NCBI GenBank assembly: GCA_015228935.1 | Contig: JADGCO010000001.1 | Coordinates: forward strand, 148,103 to 212,102 | From: Magnetococcales bacterium | GTDB lineage: Bacteria; Pseudomonadota; Magnetococcia; Magnetococcales; DC0425bin3 | DNA length: 64,000 nt | Direction of reading: 5' to 3' | Shown: in pieces, positions 32,672 to 40,586 of the stretch | Position numbering within the stretch: the stretch's first letter is position 1 | How the letters are laid out: the number at the start of each line of letters is the position of its first letter | Notes under the pieces: model-generated | Database searches by the model: none | The model's input: only the letters and a program-made list of their open reading frames with translations | Told to the model about the DNA's origin: nothing | Program-made: the position numbers and the translations under genes

Positions 32672-34588
32672 TCAACTTTTCCAGTAGTAGCTCCGAATCT
32701 CTTTCACGGAGGGGATGCGCGTCAGGGCGTTCAAGACCCGCCCGAGGGTGTAGGGATCCTTGCCGCCCATCTCGATGGCGATGGTATAGACGGATCCTGA
32801 CCGCCCCTTGCTTTGAATGGAGTGGCCGTTGATGCCGTAACTCACCATGAGTTCGAGAACCGGCAGCAAGGCTCCTGTCTGATGGTCCAGGGTAAAGGTC
32901 ACATTGAGGGTTTCGGAGGCCGGAACCAGATTCCACCCCCCCTTTTCCCACAAGGGACCCTGGGCCTTGGGGCAATCGGCGCGATGCACGATCCATTGCC
33001 CATCCGCCGAGATGCGTCCCACAACGTCATTACCGGGCACCGCAATACAACAGGCCGACCATCGCAAATCCGGACCACTCAGGGAGGTCAACAAAAATCG
33101 TCCATCCGGACTCCGCTCCACGCCCCTGACCGGAATTTTCTGGTCTTTCAGGGCCTGCTTGATCATGGTGCGGGCACGGGCGGTTTTGACGACATCAATC
33201 CAGGCACGTTGGGGACGTGCCCCCTTGGCTGTCAAAACATGGACCACATCCCCATCGGCCAGGGGATGTTCAGGTGGACACTGGATGCCGTTGACCCGGG
33301 CACCGATACAATGTTGGCCCAGTTCCGTGTGGACCAGATAAGCAAAATCAATCACCACCGATCCCACCGGAAAGGTCAGTCGATCTCCCTTGGGAGAGTA
33401 GACGTCCAACAAGTCCGGCAGCACATGGGCATGCACCTCGGACATGCGCAGATCGCTGTCTCCCAGGGTGGCGAGAAGATTCATATAGCGGGTGGTGTCC
33501 GGCCCGCTTTTTCCCCAATTGGCCAAAATTCCCATCCGGTTGGACTCTTCGTCACGGGGATTGACGATATGGACCTTGAGGGGATGCCCTTCCCAGACCA
33601 CCCGGGTGGTCAGGGCACGGAAACCATTGATGCGCGGGGCATTGAGATAATCGCGAATGTGTCGCGGCAGAGGACCAAAAAAACTGTGGACCCGTCCCAG
33701 AACCCGCCAGGCCGTATCATCGTCGGGAACCAGGAGTTTCAGACGATACACCGGCCAGCCAACACGGACCAACTGACCCGTTCCGGGCTTTTCGGCCAGG
33801 TGAAAGTAGTCACCGATTTTTTTTTGTTCCAGGATGAAATCCATGGCCAAGTCATCGCCCATGACGGCAGGCAATTGACGTTTCAGGCGTTCCATGCTCT
33901 CGGCCCCTCTTTTCTGGAGGGTGAGCAGGGTACGTTTGGCCCGTTGGGTCTGGATGGGCATCAGATGGGGCAACAGCCGTTCGATCAAAAGATCTGCCAA
34001 GGCAATCATGCCCAGGCGCCGGGCCACCCCCACATAAATCAGTCCCAGGCTGGCCTTGATTTTGGCCTTGGCAGGACCGTGAACATGCAAGGTTTCCGAA
34101 TTGTGCAGCCAGTCGAAGGTCTTGACCACCAGGACCCGCAAATCCTTGGAGGCGGCCGCCATGATGCGCCGATAGGTGGCGGCCATATCGCCGGCCCCGG
34201 TTTGCAGATTGCGAATCTTGGAGAGGGAGCGCACCATGGTCGCCACGTCTTCGCAAAAACCGGCAATGCGGGTTTCGGCTTCCATGACGGGGGGGGCATC
34301 TTCGATGGCATCGTGCAACAGGGCGGCACAAATGGCCGTCACATCCGTCAAGCCCCATTCCAGACAATGATTTGCCACACTGATGACATGGGTCACGTAA
34401 GGGATGCCATCCAGCTTGCGAATTTGACCAGCATGAAACTCACAGGCCATCGTGGCTGCCATGGCCACCCGTTGGCTTCCCGGATCACCAATCCGTTCCC
34501 GGCACTGTGCAACCAATTCCGCAATCTGTTCTTCAACCTGGCGCATCGGCTTTCTTTTCAACAATCTTTCTGTCAAAATCCCTGACAA
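32672..34588 (-). CDS. Long RelA/SpoT homologue (HD hydrolase, degenerate synthetase, TGS, ACT)
   Basis: 638 aa. The HD domain is intact (GIPYVTHVISVA, ALLHDAIEDAP). The synthetase-like core reads RDYLNAPRINGFRALTTRV / KVHIVNPRDEESNRMGI. The TGS domain reads DVYSPKGDRLTFPVGSVVIDFAYLVHTELG. An ACT-like tail closes the protein. Confidence 0.8.
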   Translation of the reverse strand: MSGILTERLLKRKPMRQVEEQIAELVAQCRERIGDPGSQRVAMAATMACEFHAGQIRKLDGIPYVTHVISVANHCLEWGLTDVTAICAALLHDAIEDAPPVMEAETRIAGFCEDVATMVRSLSKIRNLQTGAGDMAATYRRIMAAASKDLRVLVVKTFDWLHNSETLHVHGPAKAKIKASLGLIYVGVARRLGMIALADLLIERLLPHLMPIQTQRAKRTLLTLQKRGAESMERLKRQLPAVMGDDLAMDFILEQKKIGDYFHLAEKPGTGQLVRVGWPVYRLKLLVPDDDTAWRVLGRVHSFFGPLPRHIRDYLNAPRINGFRALTTRVVWEGHPLKVHIVNPRDEESNRMGILANWGKSGPDTTRYMNLLATLGDSDLRMSEVHAHVLPDLLDVYSPKGDRLTFPVGSVVIDFAYLVHTELGQHCIGARVNGIQCPPEHPLADGDVVHVLTAKGARPQRAWIDVVKTARARTMIKQALKDQKIPVRGVERSPDGRFLLTSLSGPDLRWSACCIAVPGNDVVGRISADGQWIVHRADCPKAQGPLWEKGGWNLVPASETLNVTFTLDHQTGALLPVLELMVSYGINGHSIQSKGRSGSVYTIAIEMGGKDPYTLGRVLNALTRIPSVKEIRSYYWKS

Positions 34589-34752
34589 TTACCCCGGCAC
34601 ATCCGTTGCCGGATATCCTTGTGCCACAGCCGTTGCATTTTCAAGACCATAATTTGTTCCAAAAAGACTCAATTACAGGTATAAAGCATTTTACCGGAGA
34701 GAATCGACCCGGTATACGTATCGGAATCCCACATAAAAAATCGGGGCCAGAT

Positions 34753-35391
34753 ATGGGCAGATGGCTCAAACGCATCGCGGGCATGCTGGTACCTTACGGG
34801 CTGGGTATCGTGTTGGGAGTGATATTTGCTCTCCTTCTGGTACCCAATGCCATGGAAACCATGACGGCTCCTTTTTTGCCAAGTGTCTGGGAATGGCCTC
34901 CCGCGAACTTTTTTTCCTTGCGTGCAACTCAGGCGGAGATGCTCCCCGGCAGCTCGTTGCTGTATGCCGGATCATTGCCGGTTCCCTTGCCGGTTTCCAA
35001 AACACCCCACACTCCCACTGACCATACTCCAGCATTGACCACGGAGCCAAGGAAGAACGAGGAGCAGGGCATTCCGGCGGAAATGGCTCCCGCAGATCTC
35101 CCTGTCTCACCACCCTCCGGGGCAGAGGATGCAGACCAGGAAAGCACTCCCCTGCCGGTCATCCATATTCCGAACTGCGGTCCGGCCCCCTTGCGCGTTG
35201 GTCCGGCTACGGATCACTATTTTGCCTGTAAATGGCAGGCGGGGTGTCTGGAACGTTTGCAACAGACCTATCAAATGATCGAACAGGGAATAAACCATTG
35301 CACCCGCTCCGGCAATGGACGCGCCTGTCGTTCCTACTACCGCTCCCTGGCCAGGCAGTATCAAAGCAACATGTGTGACACACCTCCCTGA
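34753..35391 (+). CDS. Hypothetical membrane-anchored protein with a Cys-rich C-terminal domain
   Basis: Track ORF trimmed to ATG 34753 (MGRWLKRIAGMLVPYGLGIVLGVIFALLLVP = one TM helix). A Pro/Thr-rich linker follows, and the last about 80 aa contain six Cys. Confidence 0.5.
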   Translation: MGRWLKRIAGMLVPYGLGIVLGVIFALLLVPNAMETMTAPFLPSVWEWPPANFFSLRATQAEMLPGSSLLYAGSLPVPLPVSKTPHTPTDHTPALTTEPRKNEEQGIPAEMAPADLPVSPPSGAEDADQESTPLPVIHIPNCGPAPLRVGPATDHYFACKWQAGCLERLQQTYQMIEQGINHCTRSGNGRACRSYYRSLARQYQSNMCDTPP

Positions 35392-35415
35392 TCAACATCG
35401 GAGGGATCCATCTCC

Positions 35416-36333
35416 ATGGAGGGTTTTGCAAATTATTGTTTCCCGGTTTCCGGGGTACAGGTCGGATTGTGGTTGCCTCCACTGGTGGCTTTTGGCATTT
35501 CGTTTTTCACGTCCATGGTGGGAATTTCCGGGGCGGTGTTGTTGCTTCCCTTTCAGATGAGCGTTTTGCACTACACGACCCCGGGCGTGAGCGCCACCAA
35601 TCTGGTTTTCAACCTGATCGCCACCCCCAGCGGCATCTGGCGTTATGCCCGGGAGGGGCGACTGTTGTTGCCTCTGGTCGGCGTGATCACGGCTGGTACC
35701 TTGCCGGGAATATTTTTGGGATATCTCCTGCGGGTCCATTATCTGCCCGATCCCGCCCGTTTCAAACTTTTTGCCGGAGGGGTGTTGTTCTATCTTGCCT
35801 GGCGTCTGCTCGGTGAGAACAAAAACTCTGGCAACAGTCGGCTTCCGGCTGAAAATAAACCGGGAACATCTCAACCCGGCACGTCGGTCATCCACAGCGT
35901 ATTCACCTGGCGTCACCTGGCGTTCACCAGTCAGGGAACCGGATACCAGGTCTCTACGCCGGCCTTGTTTTTTCTGGCTTTGGTCGTCGGAACATTGGGC
36001 GGCACCTATGGCATTGGCGGCGGGGCCATCATCGCCCCTTTTTGTGTCACCTGGTTTCGCCTGCCCATCCGTCTGGTGGCCGGAGCCGCCCTGGCCGGAA
36101 CCTTGGCGACCTCCTGTTTTGGCGTGGCATTTTACAGTTTGATGCCAACCGGATCCACCGCATCAGTTCGTCCCGATTGGCTCCTGGGCATCCTGTTCGG
36201 ACTGGGTGGGGCCATCGGCATGTATGCCGGAGCTTCCGCCCAAAAATATTTTTCCCAGAACATGCTGCAAAATATTCTGGGTGTTTCTCTGCTGTTTTTG
36301 GCGGGATTTTACTGGTTGCAAGGGTTTTGGTGA
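35416..36333 (+). CDS. TauE/SafE-family anion exporter (DUF81)
   Basis: 305-aa polytopic membrane protein. FGISFFTSMVGISGAVLLLPFQ and GTLGGTYGIGGGAIIAPF are the two TauE half-repeats. Confidence 0.8.
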   Translation: MEGFANYCFPVSGVQVGLWLPPLVAFGISFFTSMVGISGAVLLLPFQMSVLHYTTPGVSATNLVFNLIATPSGIWRYAREGRLLLPLVGVITAGTLPGIFLGYLLRVHYLPDPARFKLFAGGVLFYLAWRLLGENKNSGNSRLPAENKPGTSQPGTSVIHSVFTWRHLAFTSQGTGYQVSTPALFFLALVVGTLGGTYGIGGGAIIAPFCVTWFRLPIRLVAGAALAGTLATSCFGVAFYSLMPTGSTASVRPDWLLGILFGLGGAIGMYAGASAQKYFSQNMLQNILGVSLLFLAGFYWLQGFW

Positions 36334-36347
36334 AATGCGGTACCTGT

Positions 36348-36408
36348 GGGGCAGGCCGTATGGATCCTGACCTCAACAGGGGCAGGCCGTATGGATCCTG
36401 ACCTCAAC
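36348..36408. repeat. 30-nt direct repeat x2 (period 31)
   Basis: GGGGCAGGCCGTATGGATCCTGACCTCAAC occurs at 36348-36377 and again at 36379-36408. It lies between convergent genes, and copy 2 overlaps the stop codon of the 36404-37357 gene. Confidence 0.9.
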
Positions 36409-37357
36409 GCGAGGGAAAGCGGAACAGCAGGGTACCGGAGACACTCTTGTGTTCGGCAAACCCTTTATTGAAGACGGCGATGGCTCCCCGAATCTCCCGG
36501 AGCGCGGTCAGATTTACATCGTCGCCATGACCAGTGTTCAATTTGCGGGAAAGTTCCAGATGCCAATGCCCGTCTTTCCACACGCCCCTGGCCGTCACAT
36601 CAGCCAGGCTGCCGGAAGGGTCCTTCAGCATCTGGATGCCAGGCAGCGTCTCTCCGTTCGGCTGCGCAGGCGCATCAAGATTGTCATAGATCGGCTTGCC
36701 AGCGTCGCGGATTTTGCGGATGTAAACCATCCCCCCTTCGGGATGCTCATACTCGGCGGCGTTCTCCTGCGGTGTGGCGGAGATGACATGCATGAAATCC
36801 TCGGCCAGACCAGCCGGATTGGTACGGCCTGCCGACCATTGCCAGAGGTCCACCCGATAGTCGTTCCGGGAGAGCATGCATTCGTCGTAGGTTCCCCCCA
36901 TGTCAAAGCGGACGACAAACATGTCGTCACGCAGTTTGCTGCGTTTGTACTGGGTTCCGCTCAACTTCCAGGGGCGATAGAGAGTACTGGCCTCCGGATC
37001 TGGCCAGCGGGCGGCAAAGAAGAAGCGTTCCCCGGCCACGCCGGCCTTGATGCGCACTTTCAGCACGCCGGTCACATTGTCTGCATCGTTCTCCTTGGCC
37101 GGCTTGATCTCGACATCTGTCCAGCCCGAATCCCCCCAATCTGCCAACTCCCCATCCACCTGGGGAAGCGCGGAGAGGGCAGGCACATCAACCGGGATGG
37201 GCGACGCGGCAGGAGGGGATGCCGCCCAGACGCACCCTGCCCACCCTGCGGCCCAAGACGCACCGCCAAGCAGCGCCAGAGCGGTCCGCGACCACAGGGT
37301 CCGACCGCCCGCGCCCGGCATCTGTCCTGATCGTGTCAACATCACGCCGTCACTCAA
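36404..37357 (-). CDS. Periplasmic EB_dh-like (ethylbenzene dehydrogenase gamma / NxrC-like) haem-binding domain protein
   Basis: 317 aa with a signal-like N-terminus. VDGELADWGDSGW...ERFFFAARWPDPEAS...DMFVVRFDMGG...RVDLWQWSAGRTNPAGLAEDFM matches the EB_dh / DOMON-like pattern as I recall it. Start is uncertain (M1, M6 or M13). Confidence 0.55.
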   Translation of the reverse strand: MSDGVMLTRSGQMPGAGGRTLWSRTALALLGGASWAAGWAGCVWAASPPAASPIPVDVPALSALPQVDGELADWGDSGWTDVEIKPAKENDADNVTGVLKVRIKAGVAGERFFFAARWPDPEASTLYRPWKLSGTQYKRSKLRDDMFVVRFDMGGTYDECMLSRNDYRVDLWQWSAGRTNPAGLAEDFMHVISATPQENAAEYEHPEGGMVYIRKIRDAGKPIYDNLDAPAQPNGETLPGIQMLKDPSGSLADVTARGVWKDGHWHLELSRKLNTGHGDDVNLTALREIRGAIAVFNKGFAEHKSVSGTLLFRFPSR

Positions 37358-37808
37358 TGGTTATCCGACCTTCCATGCCCTGTTTCTGGTGGTCGTCGAT
37401 GGTGCAGAAGACCGGATAGCTGCCTTTTTTCACTGCAACGAAATAGATATCCAACTGGCCCCCGACCATCAATTCCACGGCAAGCAGATAGGGGACCTTG
37501 ATTTCGCCGTCCTTGTCGGACTGCACCTTGCGGGTGGCAATCGACTTGTAGAACTCTGGCGCGGTGAAATAATGCTTTTTCTCACCCGCGTTCTTGAGGA
37601 TCAGTTGGTAGGTTTTGCCTTCCTTGAAGGTCAACTGCTTTGGAGAGTAGGAGTACTCATCCATGGTGACCGTTACCTTCTCGATGGCCTTCCAGTCTGC
37701 GGCCTTGACGATCTCTGCGCTGTTGACCACATAATCCTCGGCGGCTAACACATCCACACCCGTCATCAGGACCAACGTCAAGGCGATCCAACGCATCGGA
37801 TTTTTCAT
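37350..37808 (-). CDS. Secreted cupredoxin (type-1 copper protein)
   Basis: Track ORF trimmed to ATG 37808 (MKNPMRWIALTLVLMTGVDVLA signal peptide). Candidate Cu ligands are KKHYF ... FCTIDDHQKQGM (C-x4-H-x4-M). Confidence 0.7.
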   Translation of the reverse strand: MKNPMRWIALTLVLMTGVDVLAAEDYVVNSAEIVKAADWKAIEKVTVTMDEYSYSPKQLTFKEGKTYQLILKNAGEKKHYFTAPEFYKSIATRKVQSDKDGEIKVPYLLAVELMVGGQLDIYFVAVKKGSYPVFCTIDDHQKQGMEGRITIE

Positions 37809-38048
37809 CTGCACCTGCTCCCTTAGGCTCGTGTTGCGTCCGAAAGTCGTCTCAATAAACAGCCGGATTTTCAAAGAGACCATGCCTGTGGCCGACAATC
37901 CGCATTTTCCGGCGTGCATGGTGCGGCAAGGCATGACCATTGACGGATTATGCGATGGCTGACAGGTATTTGGCAAGAAAAATACCGCCGGTCATGGCGA
38001 CACTTCCACTCCCTGCGTCTTTCCGGAATTCTGGCCGACATTTTCGGC

Positions 38049-38954
38049 TCACCTGCCCCCCTCCCCGGGCAGCAGACGCGCCCGAAATGGACTGGTTATG
38101 AGCTTTTCCAGGCGGTAACCGGCGTTAAAGACCGCAAACTGCACGACACGCTCACCACCGACTTCCAGCACCACATCATTGGGATCCTTGGTCTTCAGCA
38201 AACGGGACATTTCGACGGTCCAGACCCCATCCTTCCATCGTCCCGCGGCGGTCACGTCCGCCCGGCTGCCGGAGGCCTCGCCAACCTTGACAATGCTTGG
38301 CACCACCGGCCCGGATTCCGGCTTGGGCGTCGGCTCGGTCTGCCAACCCGGAATCCCCTCATCCATGGCGTTTTGAAAATAGACCGTCCCCTTGTTCCCC
38401 TCGTATTCCCGCGCCGGTTTATCGAACGGCTTGTTGGAAAAGAGGTGCTGCATGTCGTCGGCAAAGCCGGACAGGTTGGAACGTCCGGCACTCCACCGCC
38501 AGACATCGGTTCGGTACTGGGTACTCGACAGCATGCACTGGCTGAACGACTCTCCCATCTGCCAGCGCACGACCAGCATGTCGTCCAGGGCACGGCTGCG
38601 TTGATATCCGTTCCCGGACAACTTCCAAGGCTTGTAAAGGGCATTCATGGTCTCATCCGACCATTGGGCGGCAAAATAGAGCCTCTCCCCATGATGGCCG
38701 AACCACACCCGCAATTTTTTTTCCTTTAACGGGGCATCCTTGCCTGTCGCCGCATCCACCTCCCACTCCGAGTCAGTCAGGGAAAGCAGGCGGCCCTCTC
38801 GCATCCCCTGCGCATTCCAATCCCCCAACTCTCCATCCACGACCACAGGGACGTTCAAAGGCATGACAGGCAGTTCATCATAAGGGGAATTCGCCCACCC
38901 AGTCGTTGCAACCAGCCCTGCAACCAGCCACCCGAACAGCAACGATCTACCCAT
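38049..38954 (-). CDS. Periplasmic EB_dh-like haem-binding domain protein (paralogue of 36404-37357)
   Basis: 301 aa with signal peptide MGRSLLFGWLVAGLVATTGWA. VDGELGDWNAQGM...ERLYFAAQWSDETMN...DMLVVRWQMGE...RTDVWRWSAGRSNLSGFADDM is colinear with the paralogue. Confidence 0.55.
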   Translation of the reverse strand: MGRSLLFGWLVAGLVATTGWANSPYDELPVMPLNVPVVVDGELGDWNAQGMREGRLLSLTDSEWEVDAATGKDAPLKEKKLRVWFGHHGERLYFAAQWSDETMNALYKPWKLSGNGYQRSRALDDMLVVRWQMGESFSQCMLSSTQYRTDVWRWSAGRSNLSGFADDMQHLFSNKPFDKPAREYEGNKGTVYFQNAMDEGIPGWQTEPTPKPESGPVVPSIVKVGEASGSRADVTAAGRWKDGVWTVEMSRLLKTKDPNDVVLEVGGERVVQFAVFNAGYRLEKLITSPFRARLLPGEGGR

Positions 38955-40045
38955 TACCGTTTATCCCTGTCCAGGTCTCCATCCTGACCTACCGGATCCA
39001 AATGCCCCAACGACCAGGAACGGCCTGGCACTGGACGATACAGCAGGATGTAGGTACGCCCCTTCAGGTTCAGTTGCGCCTCACCGCTCTCTCCCTGGCG
39101 CATCCTCACCGTAGCTTCCAGAAACCGTGGATCATTGCTGATCGAGGCAACGCCGAGCAGATAATCGGCCAACTTTTCCCGCATCGTAAAATCAGCCGCA
39201 TCCTCGTCGTCATGATGATCGGCAGCATCTCTGGTGCGCAATCCAGAGCGGATCTTCTGCCGGCTGTCGGCCAGCAACAGCCCATCCTTGTCAAGCAGGA
39301 AGTACTGCCCCTCCTCCTCCGAATCCAATTGAAACTTCCCAGACCCGGTCGAGTAACTGAAATCCTTGCTGGACAGGACTTTCTCATAGACATCGAGCGG
39401 GATTTCAAAATGGAAAAACGCTGGTTTATCGCCGTTCTCCAGAATGATCGGGATGGTATAGGCGATCACCCAGTGAAGCGAATCCGGAGACATGTAGGGG
39501 TCGCTGGTATGGATATTCCCCGGCAGGAGACGGAACGACGGTGCGAAAAAGGGGGAGTCCGACTCGCTGTTCGAAAAGAAATGGGCATCTTCCACCTTGC
39601 CATGCACGGTCCGCAAATGTTCCTGGCCCGTGCGGTCGATCAGGCAGACTTCACCGATGGGAAAGCGTTTGTTCAGGATCGTGGCCCACTCTTCCATCTT
39701 TTTGCGCAGCTTGACCTGACTGGGCGAAAAGGTTGGGACCCCCATCGCGTTCAGGGTGTTGGATCCTGACTCCGGCAAAGAAAAATATTCCTTAAAAACA
39801 GGCATCTCAACGGTGGTCAGCAGCGTGCTTTTCACCTCGTGGTGAAACATCTTGATGCGAAACAGCATCTGCTCGATCTGGGCTTCTGCCTGTTCTCTGG
39901 CAGCTTCCAGGCTCATCTGCGGCCTGGCATGCCCGGCTTGCGGCCAAGCCAGCACGCCTGCCAGAAAAAATACCATCAAGATCCATTTCCCATACATTCG
40001 CATCATCTTATCTTTCGTCAATGATGGATCCATGCAACTCTGCAA
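38954..40045 (-). CDS. Secreted Cache/PDC-like domain protein with no transmembrane or output module
   Basis: The likely start is the ATGATG at 40006 (MMRMYGKWILMVFFLAGVLAWPQAGHA signal). The segment EVCLIDRTGQEHLR...DPYMSPDSLHWVIAYTIPI...GQYFLLDKDGLLLADS has the Cache-type pattern. Its stop overlaps the next gene's ATG by 1 nt (TAATG). Confidence 0.5.
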   Translation of the reverse strand: MQSCMDPSLTKDKMMRMYGKWILMVFFLAGVLAWPQAGHARPQMSLEAAREQAEAQIEQMLFRIKMFHHEVKSTLLTTVEMPVFKEYFSLPESGSNTLNAMGVPTFSPSQVKLRKKMEEWATILNKRFPIGEVCLIDRTGQEHLRTVHGKVEDAHFFSNSESDSPFFAPSFRLLPGNIHTSDPYMSPDSLHWVIAYTIPIILENGDKPAFFHFEIPLDVYEKVLSSKDFSYSTGSGKFQLDSEEEGQYFLLDKDGLLLADSRQKIRSGLRTRDAADHHDDEDAADFTMREKLADYLLGVASISNDPRFLEATVRMRQGESGEAQLNLKGRTYILLYRPVPGRSWSLGHLDPVGQDGDLDRDKR

Positions 40046-40586
40046 TCACCAACTTTTCTTCCCGGGAAAGCCCTATATCCGTGCGAACGCTCCTGGCATG
40101 CTCCACCAGTTTGACCGCCAAAACAGAAAATTGTTTGTGAACGTGAATCCGTCGCAAACCTTCCCGGACACCCAGGACAACGGTACCAGTCTACCCATGA
40201 AGCGGCAAGGCCGCAACCAAACGGAAAAGTCGGCATGGGTGTTGCTGTAGGATTGTGTCGGCTATACCATCAAGGTGGCAACCCGCTTCAAGGGTGCCCT
40301 GGGGACATGGGCCCGGCAAGGCTGGAGAAACACCATCCCTGCTCCCGGTCATCCTGGTCACTCCTGTTGATCATTGGTGACGGATACCTTGATGATCCTT
40401 TGGAACTCCTGCAAAATCCCCGGGTACTCTCTCTTGTTCCCACAGGTGATGGGCATGGTACCGGGCCTGGACTCCATCTTATCCCGGTATTTTTCCGGCC
40501 TGGGGGATCCTGGTCATTGGCATTGGAGTGCTGATTATCAACGAAGTGTTTCATTGACGGTTGTTGCGGCAGGGAGATGTGCGTCC

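Noticed and set aside
17255-36408. Whether the direct repeats at 17255, 19003 and 36348 represent CRISPR arrays
   Set aside because: There are only 2-3 immediately adjacent copies with no unique spacers. The units are 62-63 nt or 30 nt with a 1-nt gap, and no cas genes are present anywhere in the window.
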